Shown here piece by piece: positions 25,300 through 39,500 of a stretch of 64,000 bases of DNA. How positions within the stretch are numbered: the first letter of the stretch is position 1; each line of letters begins with the position of its first letter. The position numbers were made by a program, and so were the translations under genes. The DNA comes from Camelus ferus (Eukaryota). Under the pieces are notes generated by a model that had not been told where the DNA came from, searched no databases, and worked only from the letters and a program-made list of their open reading frames with translations. The stretch is from positions 48,238,001-48,302,000 of the forward strand of contig NC_045697.1 in NCBI RefSeq assembly GCF_009834535.1, given 5' to 3'.

Positions 25300-25945
25300 A
25301 GTTGGATGAGATGACTGAATCGGTTTTGAGACACACTTTGAAAGATGGACATACACTCACGCAAGTGGATGCTCTGCCACTGAAAGCGAAATTGCACTCT
25401 GGTGATTGATGAGTTTAGGGGAGGGATGTGGGAGGTGCTTCAGCTTCTCTCTCTCTCTCATCTCTCTTCTCTCTCTCTCTCTCTCCCCCCCTCCCCCTCT
25501 CCCCTCTCACATCCCAACTGCTCATCTGTAAGGAAAGTATATGTTCTCATCTGTTCTGCACCTGTATACCATAAACTTTTCAGGGCTGGACCTTGTTAGG
25601 GAGATTTGCCAGTGTCCAGCTCAGCCTGTGCTGAGGGGATACCTTTAATTTGGGTGCAGTATTTACCAGTCTTTTTGACCAGAAACCTAAATTGCATTTC
25701 CCACAACAGCTTTATCAGCTGAAAAAGGAAATATTTTGATCTCCACATCAACTACTCCATGTCCCAATCTGTTCTGAACTCAAGTGAAGAAGAGTGGTTA
25801 CTACTCATAGAGCCCTCTTTTCAAACTCCAGCATGGTCATCAGTATTAGTGAAGTTAAACACTTTTCACTATAGCAATATTTTTGAGCTTTGGAAGTGAA
25901 AAGGAAAAGGAAGTCGCATCTCAGTCCAATAATAACCATGTATAT
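25300..25945 (-). pseudogene. Endogenous filovirus-like NP fragment, split by a (CT)n tract
   Basis: IGL..SFSFSLPKL..EKCL~IGLFLSFCSLFLPKL..EKACL; LFQLIK~IFRLMR; SAQA~VAQA; HPLA*~HPLAR; SFKVCL~SFKAAL. Confidence 0.7.
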
Positions 25946-26089
25946 ACATTCAGAGTGCAGACACAGACAATTGAGACTACTGCTCAGAAAGCAGAAAGGG
26001 ACTTAAAAGGGTGTCAAATGATTTATAGAATTGAGAGAAACTGACTCTAGAGTAAGCTTCTAGATATGACTCCAAAAGCCACACCCCAG

Positions 26090-29000
26090 AATTTTTTGAG
26101 ATATAATTGACATAACATTATAATTAGTTTCAGGTGTACAATGTAATGATTCAATGTTTGTATATGTTGCAAAATGATCACCACAGTAGTCCAGGTAACA
26201 TCCTTTGCTATACATAGTTACAAAAAATTTTTTTCTTGTGATGAGAACCTTCAAGATCCACTTTCCTACTTACTTTCAAATATGCAATACAGTATTATTA
26301 ACTCTAATAACCATTGCTGTACATTAGATCTCCATGACTTATTCACTTTATAACTGGAAATTTGTACTTTTTAACCCCCTTCACCCATCTTACCCACCCA
26401 CCTCTGGAAACCAGCAATCTGTTTTCTATTTCCATGAGCTCAGGTTTTTTGTTTGTTCGGATGGCTTTTTTACATATCATATATAAGTGATAACATACAG
26501 TATTAGTCTTTCTCTGTCTGACTTATTTCACTGGACATAGTACCCTCCAGATCCACCCATATTGTTGCAAATGGCAAAATTTCATTCTTTGTTTAAGGCT
26601 GAGTAGTATTCTGTTGTGTTCACGCACACATACCCACACACCCCACATCTTCTTTATCCATTCATCTGTTGATGGACACTTAGTTTGCTCTCATATCTTG
26701 GCAGTTGTACATGATGCTATGAACACTGTGGCACATGAATCTTTTCAAATTAATGTTTTCCTTTTGGTGGCTATATGCCCAGGGGTAGAATTGCTGGATC
26801 ATATGGTAGTTCTGTTTTTAGTTTTTCAAGGAAACTCCATACCATTTTCCACAGTGTCTACACCAATTTACATTCCCACCAACAGTGTACAAGGGTTCCC
26901 ATTTCTCCACATCCTTGCCAACATTTGTTATTTGCAGTCTTTTTCATGATAGCCATTCTGACACATGTCAGATGATATCTCATTGTGGCTTTGGTTTGTA
27001 TTTCTCTGATGATTACCAGTGTTGAGCAATTTTCATGTATTTTTTGGTCATCTGTATGTCTATATAGGTCTTCTGCCCATTTTTAAATTGGGTTGTTTGA
27101 TTTTTTGATATTGAGTTGTATGAGCTGTTTATATATTTTGGATATCAACCCTTTAACAGTAATATCATTGGCAAAGATTTTTCTCCCATTCCATAGGTTG
27201 TCTTTTCATTTTGTCAATGGTTTTCTTTGCTGTGTAAAAGCTTTTAAGTTTAATTAGATCCAATTTGCTTATTTCTATTTTTGTTTCATTTGCCTTGGGA
27301 GAAAGAATCTTCCAAAAATTTATTGCTATGATTTATGTCGAAGAGTGTTCCATCTACATTTTCTTCTAGGACTTCTGTGGTTTCCCATCTTACATTTAGG
27401 TCTTTAATCCATTGTGAGGTTTTTTTTTTTTTTTTTTTTTAATGTAGTGCGAGAAAATGTTCTAATTTCATTCTTTTACATGTAGCTGCCTAGTTTTTCC
27501 AGCACTACTTATTGAAGAGGCTGTCTTTCCCTCATTGTATATTCTTGAATTCTTTTGTAGATAAATTGACCATAAGTGTGTGAGTTTTTATTTCTGAGCT
27601 CTCTATTCTGTTCCATTGATTTATGTGTCTGTTTTTGTGCCAGTACCATACTGTTTTGATGACTGTAGCTTTATAATATAGTCTGGGGCCAGGGAGTGTG
27701 ATATATCCTGCTGTGTTCTTCTTTCTCATGATTGTTTTGGCTATTTGGGGTCTTCTGTATTTCCATACAAATCTGAAAATTATTTGTCCCAGTTCTGTGA
27801 AAAACGACCTTTTGATGGGGATTGCATTGAATCTACAGATTGCCTTGGGTAGTATGTTCATTTAAAAAATATTCTTCCAATCAATGAACACAGTATATTT
27901 TCCATCTGTTTTGTGTTGATTTCAATTTCTTTCATCTGTGTCATATAGCTTTCTGAACCCAGGTCTTTTAGCTCCTTAGATTTATTCCTAGGTAATTTAT
28001 TCCTTTGGATGCACTTGTAAATGGGATTGTTTCCTTAATTTCTCTCTCTTGTTAGTGATAGAAATGCAACGGATTTCTTTATATTAATTTTGTATCCTAA
28101 ACTTTATTGAATCCCTTGATGAGCTCTAATAGTTTTTTGGTGGCATTTTTAGGATTTTCTATGTATAGTATCATGTCATCTACAAACAATGACAACTTTA
28201 TTCTTCCTTTGCAACTTGGATTCCTTTTACTTTTTTTTTTTTTTTTGTCTGATTGCTGTGGCTAGGGTTAACCACAATTAACCCTAAAACTATGTTGAGT
28301 AAAAGTGGTGAGAGTTGATATCATCATCTTATTCCTGACCTTAGGGGAAATGTTTTCTGCTTTTTACATTTGAGTATGTTGCTAGCTGTGGGCTGGTCAT
28401 ATATGGCTTTTATCATATGGAGGTACATTCCCTCTATACCCACTTTTTGGAGAGTTTTTATCATGAATCCATGTTGAATTTTGTCAAAAGCTTATTCTGT
28501 ATCTGTTTATGACCATATAATTTTTATTCTTCAATTAGTTAATGTGATGTGTCATATTAATTGATCTGCAGATATTGAAAAATCCTTGCATCTCTGGATA
28601 AATCCCATTTGATCATGGTGTATGACTCTTATAAGGTATTGTTGGATTCATCTTGCTAATATTTTAAACATTTTTGCATTTATGTTCATCAGTGATATTA
28701 GCCTGTAATTTTCTGTTTTGTGTGTCTAGTCTTGGTGTCAGGGTGATGTGGCCTTCTAGAATGAGTTCAGAAGCATTCCTTCCTCTTCAATTTTTTGGAA
28801 TATTCTGAGAAGGATAGGTGTTACCTCTTCTCTAAATATTTAATAGAATTCACATGGGAAGCCATCTGGTCCTGGACTTTTTGGGAGATTGTACAGTTCT
28901 AGGAATTTGTCCATTTCTTCTAGATTGTCCTGTTTGGGGGGTTTTGGTATATAGTTGTTCACAGTAATGTCTTATGATCCTTTGTATTTCAGTAGGTTTT

Positions 29001-32000
29001 GTTGTAACTTCTTTTTTAATTCTGATTTTTTAAACTTGGTCTCCCTCTCTTTTTTAACCTGCAAAATAAAAGCAAAGGACTACAACATTTTTAAAAAAAA
29101 AAGTGTAGGCAAGCTCTCTTTTTTTCTTTGAATCTGGCTCAATTTTATCTTTTCAAAGAACCAGCCCTTAGTTTCATTAATTTTTTCTATTTTTTTAGTC
29201 TCTTTTATTTCTGCTCTTATCTTTATGATTTCTTTTCTTCTATTAACTTTAGGGTTTGTTCCTTCTTATTTTTCTAGTTTCTCTAGGTATAAGGTTGAGT
29301 TGTTTGAGATTTTTTTGTTTCCTGAGGTAGGCTTGTACTACCATAAACTTTCCTCTTAAAACTGCTTTTGTAGTTTCCCATAGATTTTAGGATCATTGTG
29401 TTTTCATGTTCATTTGTCTCTAGATTTTATTTCTTCTTTGATTTATTCAATGATCCATTCGTTGTTTAGTAGCATATTGTTTAGCCTCCACTCTGCTCAT
29501 TTTTAAGTTAGATTTTTTTTGCTGTTTAGTCATATCAGTTCTGTTTGTTTTAGATATTAAACACTTTTCAGATACATGATTTGCAAATAGTTTTCACACT
29601 CAGTATGTTGCCTTTGATTTTGTTGGTTTCCTTTGCTGTGTAAAACCTTTTTAGTTTGATGTAGTCCCACTTGTTTTTCTTTTAATGTCAAATCCAAAAT
29701 ATCATTGCCAAGACCACTGTCAAGGAGCTTACTGTCTATGTTTTCTTCTAGGAGTTTTATGATCAGGTCTTACATTCAAGTTATTAATCCATTTTTAGTT
29801 AACTATTGTGTATGGTGTAAAATAGTGATCTGGTTTCATTCTTCTGCGTGTTGCTGGTTTGTTTTCCCAATGCCATTTATTGAAGAGATTGTCCTTCCCC
29901 CAATGTATATTCTTGGCTCTTTAGTCATAAATTAATGACCATATATGAGTGGGTTTATTTCTAGGCACTCTGTTCTGTTCCATTTAGCTATGTGTCTAAA
30001 TACCATACTATTTCCTTTACTATAACTTGGTAGTACAGTTTGAAATCAGAGAATGTGATGCCCCTAGCTTTATTCTTCTTTCTTAGTATTACTTTGACTA
30101 TTATGGGTCCTCTGTGGTTCCATACAAATTTTAGGATTGTTCTGGTTCTGTGAAACATGCCATTGGAATTTTAATAGGGATTGCATTGAATCTGTAGATT
30201 TGCTTTGGGTAGTATGGACTTTTTGATTTGACATATAGGTTACATACAATATTATGTAACTTTCAGGTGTACTACATAGTGATTTGACAATTACATTCAT
30301 TATGAAATGATCACCAAGATAAGTCTAACAACCATCAGTTCCCATACAAAATTGTTACAGTATTATACAGCATAAAGAATATGGTCAATATTATATTCCT
30401 GAGATTGATTTATTTTGTAAATGGAAGTTTATACCTTTTAATCACGTTTACCTATTTTGCTTAATCATCCAACCCATACCCCTTTGGCAACCCTCATTTG
30501 TTGTCTGTATCTATGAGTCTCTTTTCATTTTGTTTTGTTTTTTAGATTCCACACATAAGTGAGATCATATGGTATTTATCTTCATCTGTCTGACTTATTT
30601 CACTTAGCATTATACCCTCTAGATCCATCCATGGGGTGTCAAATTACAAGATTTCATTCTTATGACTATGTGCTATATATATATGGATATGAATATTTTG
30701 TATTCATTCATCTATCAGTGAACACTTAGGTTACTTCCATACCTTGGCTATCATAAAATAATGCCACAATGAACACTGGGTCACATATCTTTCTGAATTA
30801 GTGTTTTTGTTTTTTGGAGGTAAATACCCAGAAGTAAAATTTCTGTGTCATATGGTAGTTCTGTTTTTAATTTTGAGGAATCTTTATACTGTTTTCCACA
30901 GTCATTGTACCAACATATAAATCCCACCAACAGTGAATAAGGGTTCCCTTTTCTCCACATCCTTGCCAATACTTTTTATTTCTTGTTATTTTGATGATAG
31001 CCATTCTGAGAGGTGTGAAGTTGTATCTCTTTTTGGTTTTGACTCGCATTTCCCTGATGATTAGTGATGCTGAGTGTCTTTTCATATGTCTGGTGGTCAC
31101 TGGTATGTCTTCTTTGGGGAAAAAATGTCTATCCAGTTTAGTTTGGTGTAGTCCCCGTTTGTTCACATTTGCTTGTTTTCCTTGCCTGAGGAGATGGAAA
31201 AATATTACTAAGCCAGTGTCAAAGTGTTCTGCCTGTGTTCTCTTCTAGGAGTTACATGGTTTCAGGTCTTACATTTAAGTCTTGAGTTCATTATGAGTAT
31301 ATTCTCTCTCATATCATACGCAGTCTTTCAATTTGATTCTTTTGCATATAGCTATCCAATGTTCCCAACACCATTATTGAAGAGGCTGTCTTTTCCTCAT
31401 TATATAGTCTTGCCTACTTTGTTGTAGGTTAATTGAGCATATAAGTGTGGGTTTATTTCTGGGCTCTCTATTCTGTTCCATTGATCTATGTGTCTGTTTT
31501 TGTGCCAGTACAATACTCTTTATTACTATAGCTTTATAGTATAGTTAGAAATCAGAAGTGTGATACTTCCAGCTGCATTCTTTTTTCTCAAGATTGCTTT
31601 GGCAATTCAGGGTATTTCTTGGTTCCATACAAGTTTTAGAATTATTTATTCTTTTCCTGTGAAAAATGCCATGGGTACTTGGGTAGAAATTGCATTCAAG
31701 CTGTAGATTGCCTTGGGAAGCAGTCATTTTAATATTAATTCCTCCAGTCTATTTGTATGTGTTATCTTTAATTTCCATCACTGGCGTGTTATCGCTTTTA
31801 GTATACAGGTCTTTCACCTCATTGCTTAAATGTATTCCTGTATATGTTGTTCTTCCTGATGAAATTATAAATGAGATGGTTTTCTTAATCTTTCTGGTAC
31901 TTGTTATCAGCATACAGAATTCATCAGATATTTGTATGTTGATTTTGTACCCTGCAACTTGACTGAATTTTAGTTCAAACAGTTTTTGGTGGAGCCTTTA

Positions 32001-32071
32001 GGATTTTCTCTATATAAATATCATATCATCTGCAAAAAGAGTGACAATTTTACTTTCTCCTTTCCAATTTG
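26090..32071 (-). mobile_element. Three adjoining antisense L1 pieces (about 26090-29490, 29491-30220, 30221-32071)
   Basis: Two separate L1 3' UTRs and repeated ORF2 segments. Confidence 0.93.
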
Positions 32072-32112
32072 CTTAAAGAAAAAGAAATAAAACATTCAAA
32101 GTATATGAACTG

Positions 32113-33199
32113 GCAGCAAGAGAAAAACAAAGAGTGAGTTACAAGGGAAGCCCCATAATGCTCTCAGCTGATTTCTCTACACAAATACTACAGGCCAGAA
32201 GGGAGTGGCAAGATATATTCAAAGTCCTGAATGAAAAAAAAGATGCAGCCTAGGATACTCTATTCAGCAAGGCTATCCTTTAGAATAGAAGGAGAGATAA
32301 AGAACTTCACAGACAAGCAAAAACTAAGAATTTAGCAACACTAAACCCATGCTAAAAGAAATATTGGCAGGTCTATTCTAAACAGAAAAGAAGCAAGATG
32401 CTACAAAAATGAGAAACTCATAACTGGAAAGGAGATAACTGCCATGAATTACAAAAAGAATAAACACAAAATTGTAAAAGAAGACATCTAAATCATTAAG
32501 AGTGGGAGAGGGAAGCAAGGAAAGCCACTGTGGAAAACAGTATGGAGATTCCTCAAAAGACTAGGTATAGACTTACCATATGACCCAGGAATCCCGCTCC
32601 TGGGCTTGTATCCAGAAGGAACCCTACTTCAGGATGACACCTGCACCCCAATGTTCATAGCAGCACTATTTACAATAGCCAAGACATGGAAACAGCCTAA
32701 ATGTCCATCAACAGATGACTGAATAAAGAAGCTGTGGTGTATTTATACGATGGAATACTATTCAGCCATAAAAACCGACAACATAACACCATTTGCAGCA
32801 ACATGGATGCTACTGGAGAATGTAACTGAGTGAAGTAAGCCAGAAAGAGAAAGAAAAATACCATATGAGATCACTCATATGTGGAATCCAAAAAAAAAAA
32901 AAAAAAAACAAACAAAATACAAAACAGAAACAGACTCATAGACATAGAATACAAACTTGTGGTTGCCAAGAGGGCAGGAGGTGGGAATGGACAGACTGGG
33001 ATTTTAAAATGCAGAATAGATAAACAAGATTATACTGTATAGCACAGGGAAATATATACAAGATCTTGTGGTAGCTCATAGTGAAAAAAAATGTGACAAT
33101 GAATATATGTTCATGTATAACTGAAAAATTGTGCTCTACGCTAGAATTTGACACATTGTAAAATGACTATTACTCAATTTAAAAAATGTGAAATAAAAA
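32113..33199 (+). mobile_element. Young L1 lacking almost all of ORF2 (half-L1/HAL1-like structure)
   Basis: ORF1 3' part and spacer are joined at about 32523 to the last part of ORF2 and the 3' UTR; TSD aa(a/g)gtatatgaactg at 32098-32112 / 33200-33214. Confidence 0.88.
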
Positions 33200-33379
33200 A
33201 AGGTATATGAACTGACAGTAATCCAGTACAAAAACTGGGCAATGTATATGAACATATAATTCACAAAAAGCAATGGCTCCTAACCACATGAGAAGATGAT
33301 CACCCTCACTTAAAATATAAGTGCAGATTAAAATTACACTGAGCTTATTCCCTGGAGTTGGAAAATATGGGAATGAGGA

Positions 33380-33710
33380 AGTAATGGGAACAAGGAGGTA
33401 TGGCTGGAAAGCCAGCATGGAGCCAAGAAGGTGCCCATCATGGTCAGGAGATTGGCTGACTGTTGGCTATTCTAGAATGGTCTTGGCTGAGGTTACTGGC
33501 TCTATTCTATGTATATATTGCTCAGTCTCTCTGTATGTAACCAATTACCAGTGGGAGCACAGCCAGGACCAAATGAATTGTCCAACTAAACCCAGCAGAA
33601 CCACCCAGTAGACCTATACTGTTGTGAGCATAATGAACGGCTGTTTTAAGCCACTAAGTCTTGGGTGATTTTTAATGCAGCATTAGTAATGCAGCAATAG
33701 ATAATATATA
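33380..33710 (+). mobile_element. MLT1-type LTR fragment
   Basis: 3' end gctgttttaagccactaagtcttgggtgatttttaatgcagca. Confidence 0.7.
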
Positions 33711-34094
33711 CTCAGCATGAACCCCTTCTTATTAGGTCCTATGTGAGTCTTGGTGTCTAACAGAGCTTACCTCTTGCAACAAACCTAGAAGTCCAAAAGT
33801 ATATTCAACTTTTCCTTGTCATCTTGGCAACTGGGCATGTGTACATGACCTGGGCTCTGTTAATCAAATGCTTGCATATGAAACTTTAATTAGTGGACAC
33901 AGCAGCATTCAAAGTGTCACAATTCTCCAGTGTCCTCTTGGTGTTCCTTGTTGCAGATTTATTGATGGTGAAATCAGTCAGCTGCATGAGGTCCTAGCAC
34001 AGATGCCTGTATCTTCAGTTGATTCTTGTGGAGAATTTTCAGTTTCCTATTTACACATCTTCTAAACTGGATTCCCCTGCTCCTGAAAACAAGA

Positions 34095-34780
34095 AGGTAT
34101 TGGGCAGCTCATGGAACTGAGTTTATTTCCCATTTACAGGGGCAAGTGGGCCATTTTGTTTTTAAGTGGAACATTATTCATTTAGACTTTTGAAATTGGG
34201 CAGTCCACACCAATACGTTCTTCATTAATCAAACTGTAACCCTGGTGAAGTTACAGGGAAAGAAGGCAGGGGAGAATTTTAGGAGTGGGAATGATATTAA
34301 TAATGTGCCTCTACACTATTCTTCTTTGAAACATAAGCAAAAAGATTAGCTCAGTATATCTCAATTATTGTGATATAGTACAATCAAAATAGAGATTGTG
34401 TGCCTTTGCACTGGAAATAAATTGCACCAAGACTCAAGTCCTAGCAACCTTTTACATTAGGAATAACCAGGATTCAAGCTTTGAACTCTATTCCAACTCG
34501 TTACTAGCTCAGGTTTGCGGTTTGTGTAAGTTTTGACTGCTCTCACACTGTCCTGAAAAAAATGTAGAATCACAAGTATTAATAGTGTACTTAACTGCCT
34601 TTGATCGTCCCTGAAAAAAATGTGCCTTAGATATGGATATCAAGTAACTCAGAAAGTCTTGGATCAGACAAGAAATTGGATAACTACCAATTTTCCCATC
34701 TCTTGGCTGTCCATTGTCTCCCAATTAGTTTGAGGTTCAACAGAACTAGGACCCTGGCTAAGTTTCAGCTGGCATCAATT
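34095..34780 (-). pseudogene. Endogenous filovirus-like NP, N-terminal part
   Basis: AHFFQG~HHAYQG; SKAVKY~SGAVKY; VIPN (MARV-like); L*LHQGYSLI~VLIHQGVNLV; DCPISK~DSIISN. Confidence 0.78.
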
Positions 34781-36512
34781 TAATCTTTAAATCTCTCAAA
34801 TCTATCATGTCTCATTCCATAGTTAGGCCCTCATCTCTCATCCATATGATTACTGCAACTTGAGACAAGATTGGAGGCAGAGAGACCGAGCTTTTAACAA
34901 GGGGACAGGCCTTCTGTGATTTGGTTTTTGTTCACTTCCCACTGAAACTCCTGGCAGTCTCAGGATAGAAAAATAGACATTTGCCTGATCAATTATTTTC
35001 AGAACACCAAGCACTTATACATGCTGTTCCCTGTTATTAGAATGTCCTCCCTACTTGAATTAAAGTGAAGGTGATGCTCATCCTTCAGTTCTTACCACTT
35101 TATCAAGCATCACCCACTATGTCAGCCTCTAAGCAATGCCGACTGTTCACTTTCTCTTGCAGTCATGTTATCTATTTAACCCTATCTCAACTATGGAGCA
35201 TTGATTTCCTTGTTGTCTTTCCTGTTGTTCAGAGTTCTTTTATATCCCCCCATGTCACAGGCTGTTATACCAGAGTACCCAAATTTTGTCTATGGAGAAG
35301 GAAGGAAGGACGGAGGGAGGGAAGGAAAAGTCCCAAGGGCTCAATTTTCTATTCTAAAAAAAAAAAAAGCAAATCTTCATCCTGCCAACAAAAATGTCCC
35401 TGACATTTAAGAACCATACTTAGAAAATGAGTGACAAGATGAAAATGCCTTGGATTTTTTAAATTATTCTCAAGAAGTCTGTCAATCACATTAATAAGAG
35501 TCCTTTCTTCCTTATTAACTATATAAGCTGAAAGGCTGGCAGGGTTTCATGGAAATTTTATAATCACTGGCGTCAGTTTGGTTTAAATGGTTTAAATCTG
35601 GCCTTAGATAAAGTTCTTGCCCTCTGAATCTCAGTTCCTTGAATTGAAAGGATTGCACTGCACTGCAAGGAATCTTATACAAACATTTAAATATATATCC
35701 TTACACAGTTTTGTAATTTTTCGAATGAACAGAGCCCAAAACTGGGCACAACCAAGATTACATGGAAAAAGTTTTTTAACAAATCACATGATGTCCATAC
35801 TACCCATTTTTATACAGCATTTTTAAAATGCTGAAGCATAACTGTATGTACTGACTTAGAAGCCTGTCCATGTCCTGTTCAATGGGAAAAATGTTGGACA
35901 TGTCCAATTATGACCCTATTGATCATTCTGGGAAAATGTCTGTATACAAAGAGATACATATATGTGCATAAAAATATTTAGGGAAACAATCACCAAAGCC
36001 AAAGTGTGTAAGGTATGAAGTAGGTGAGGGGAGACATTACAAGAGAAAAAGTGTTTCAACAAACAATTCTATTTTGATTGAAATACTCTTTTGAGGACAC
36101 TTAGTCCATTCAGTCTGCTATAACAAAACACCACAAACTGGGGAGCTAATAGAAGTTATTTCTTATAGTTCTAGAAGCTGGAAGGTCCAAGATCAAGGCA
36201 TCAGCATGATCACGTAGAAACTGCTGACCAAGAATAGTTTACCCAGCAAAGTTGTCTTTCAGAAATGAAGGTGAGATAAAGCTTTTCACAAAAACTGAAA
36301 GCTGAGGGAGTTCATCACCACTATAACTGCCTTATAAGAAAGGCTGAAAGGAGTTCAAGTTAGTATATAAAAGGATGCTAACTACTGATATGTAAGCTTA
36401 TGAATATATACAACGCACTTTTAAAGGTAAGTATATATACAGTCAGATTAAGAATACTCTAATTCTGTAACATGATGATGTGTACCCACATAACTCTAAA
36501 GGTTAAAGGACA

Positions 36513-39500
36513 GATTCTGCCTGCCAGGCAGTTGGTGCCTGTCACCACATGCTCTGGCCATGGCTAGGGCCCTTGGGTTGTAAATTGGCAACCAAAATTC
36601 CTGAGGTGGCCCTGGCGGCAGCTAACCCACCTCCATCTCGAGATGCCGCAGGCAGCAGGAGTCTGAGGGCCCACCGCAGGCAGAGACTTCTCCTGGCTGT
36701 GCTCCTTCCTGGACAGAGGTATTGCTGGATTCTGTGCCAAAACAGTTGCTCTTTTGGATTGAGCAAAGGTTTTATTATAAGCTCACAATCACCATTACAA
36801 ACATTTGGGAATATTTCCTGCATTATGTGCTGTTCCCCTAAGGAGGAATACCTTGGGTTGTAGAAAAAGAATGATGCAATGATGATCCAAATCTTTCCCT
36901 ATGGTGCAATCCAGTTTATAGCATTTGAGCATTGTAGAACATTAATTACTATGAAGCTGGGAATTTCTGGTCTGTGCACAGATTAATGGCTGGATCCATG
37001 GTACATTTAAACAGCAGTTTTCTGTACTTACCATTTTCACATGGTTATAGTGTGCCTAATGTTCCAGGTGAAAGGGGGACATACTTAAACAGGAATCATT
37101 CATGCATTCAGAAAAATTTATGCACAGGAAGGTGGTCTCTCTGCATTTTACAGAGGCCTGATGCTGCTCTAGTGGGAATGGTTCTCTATCGAGTTGTCTC
37201 GTTTTATACTGTTGGGCTTTCCCATGTTCCCACCCTTCTTGGCAGACCTTCAGGCAACACTAATGTCTTTGTTTTGAAAACTTACATAAACTTACTTTGT
37301 GGTGGTATTGCTGGAGCAATAACACAGACAATATCCTACCCATTTAATGTAACTCACTCGTGAATGTAATTAGGAACAGTTCTTCCAGAATCTGAAAAGT
37401 GCCTCACCATGGAGGTGACTATGAAGTATGTCTTTGGACACCATTCAGTTCAAAAAGGATTATATCATGGTGTATCTCTTAATTACACTTACTGTGTTCT
37501 TTCCCAAGTGGTGGCTTTTACACTATGAAGTTTTGAAGCAGTTTTTTCACCTTGACTAAAAAAGTTTTGTGATTTCTTTTCCTTAATAAACTCTGAGGGA
37601 GAAATAAAATGTTAATTTTGAGGGAGAACATTACTTGAAGGGGCATCTTTACCCCATCACAGGAACCATTGGTATTTTAGTGCTTGACTTTTTTATTCAT
37701 CACAAGGCAAAAGTGCTTATTATACTTTTTGATGCCAAAAGTTACACCTTAGAACACTGCAAAAATATTCATAAGCTGATGCTGGCTAATCAGTAAGGTT
37801 AACTGAAACCATTTTAAAGTGTTATTTGGGAGTAGAACTGACTTAAAATGGGATTTAAGAAGTTGCCATTAAGGGTCCTTAAAAAAAATAATTCAGCATC
37901 CATCTATGATAAAAACTCTCAAGAAAGTGGACATAGAGGGAACATATCTCAACATAACAAAGGCCATATATGACAAACCCAACAGATAACATCATACTCA
38001 GTGGTGAAATGCTGGGAATGCCCACTCTTGCCACTTTTACTCAATATCGTTTTGGAAGTCCTCACCATAGCAGCCAGAGAAGAAAAAGAAAAGGAATCCA
38101 AATTAGAAAAGAAGTAAAACTGTCACTGTTTGCAGATGACGTGATACTATACATAGAAAATCCTAAGGAGGCTGCCAGAAAACTACTAGAGTTCATTGAT
38201 GAATTCAGTAAGGTTGCAGGGTACAAAAGTCATATACAGGAATCAGCTGCATTTCTATAAACTAACAAAATATCAGAAATAAATTAAGGACACAATCTGA
38301 TTTACCATTGCATCAAAAAGAATAAAATACCTAGGAGTAAACCTGCCTAAGGAGGCAAAAACCTATACTCTGAAAACTATAAGACACTGATGAAACAAAT
38401 TGAAGACACAAACAGACAGAAAAATATATTCTTGGATTGGAAGAATCAACATTATTAAAATGGCCCTGCTACCCAAGGCAATATACAGATTCAATGCAAT
38501 CCTTATCAAATTGCCAATGACATTTTTAACAAAACTGGAACAAAAAAAAATTTTTTTTAATTTGTATGGAAACACAAAAGACCCTGAATAGCCAAAACAA
38601 TCTTGCGGAAGAAGAACAGAGCTGGAGGAATTACACATCCTGACCTCAGACTATACTACAAAACTACAGGAATCAAAACAGTATGGTACTGGCACAAAAA
38701 CAGACACATAGATCAATGGAACAGGAAAGAAAGCTCAGAAATAAACACATGAACTTTTGGTCAGTTAGACTATGACCAAGGAGGCAAGAATATACAATTT
38801 AAAAAAAGACAATATCTTCAGTAAGTGGTGCTGGGAAAACTGGACAGTTATATGTAAAAGAGTGAAATTAGAACATTTTCTAACACCATATACAAAAATA
38901 AACTCAAAATGGATTAAAGACCTAAATGTAAGACCATATACTCTAAGACTCCCAGAGGAAAACATGGGCAGAAAATTTGACATACTTTGCAGGAATATTT
39001 TTTATGATCCATCTCCCAGAGTAATGGAAGTAGAAGAAAAATAAGCAAATGGGTCCTAGTTAAACTTAAAAGCTTTTGCACAGCAAAGGAAACCATAAAT
39101 AAAATGAAAAGACAACCTAAGAAATGGAAGAAAATATTAGCAAATGATGTGATTGACAAGGGATTAATTTCCAAAATATACATACATCTTAATATCAAAA
39201 AACAAACAACTCAAATGGGCAGAAGACCTAACTAGACATTTTTCTGAAGAAGACATACAGATGCCCAACAGGCACATGAGAAGATTCTCAGTATTGCTAA
39301 TTATTAGAGAAATGAAAATCAAAATTGCAATGAAATATCACCTCACACTAGTCAGAATGGCCATCATTAAAAAGTCTACAAATAATAAATGCTGGAGATG
39401 GTAGGGAGAAAAAGGAACCGTCCTACACTGCTGGTGGGAATGTAAATTGGTGCAGCCACTGTGGAAAACAGTATGGAAGTTCCTCACAAAGCTAAAAATA

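Noticed and set aside
35440..35560. Minus-strand KEERTLINVIDRLL resembling the extreme L C-terminus
   Set aside because: A single short, low-information match; not enough to call.
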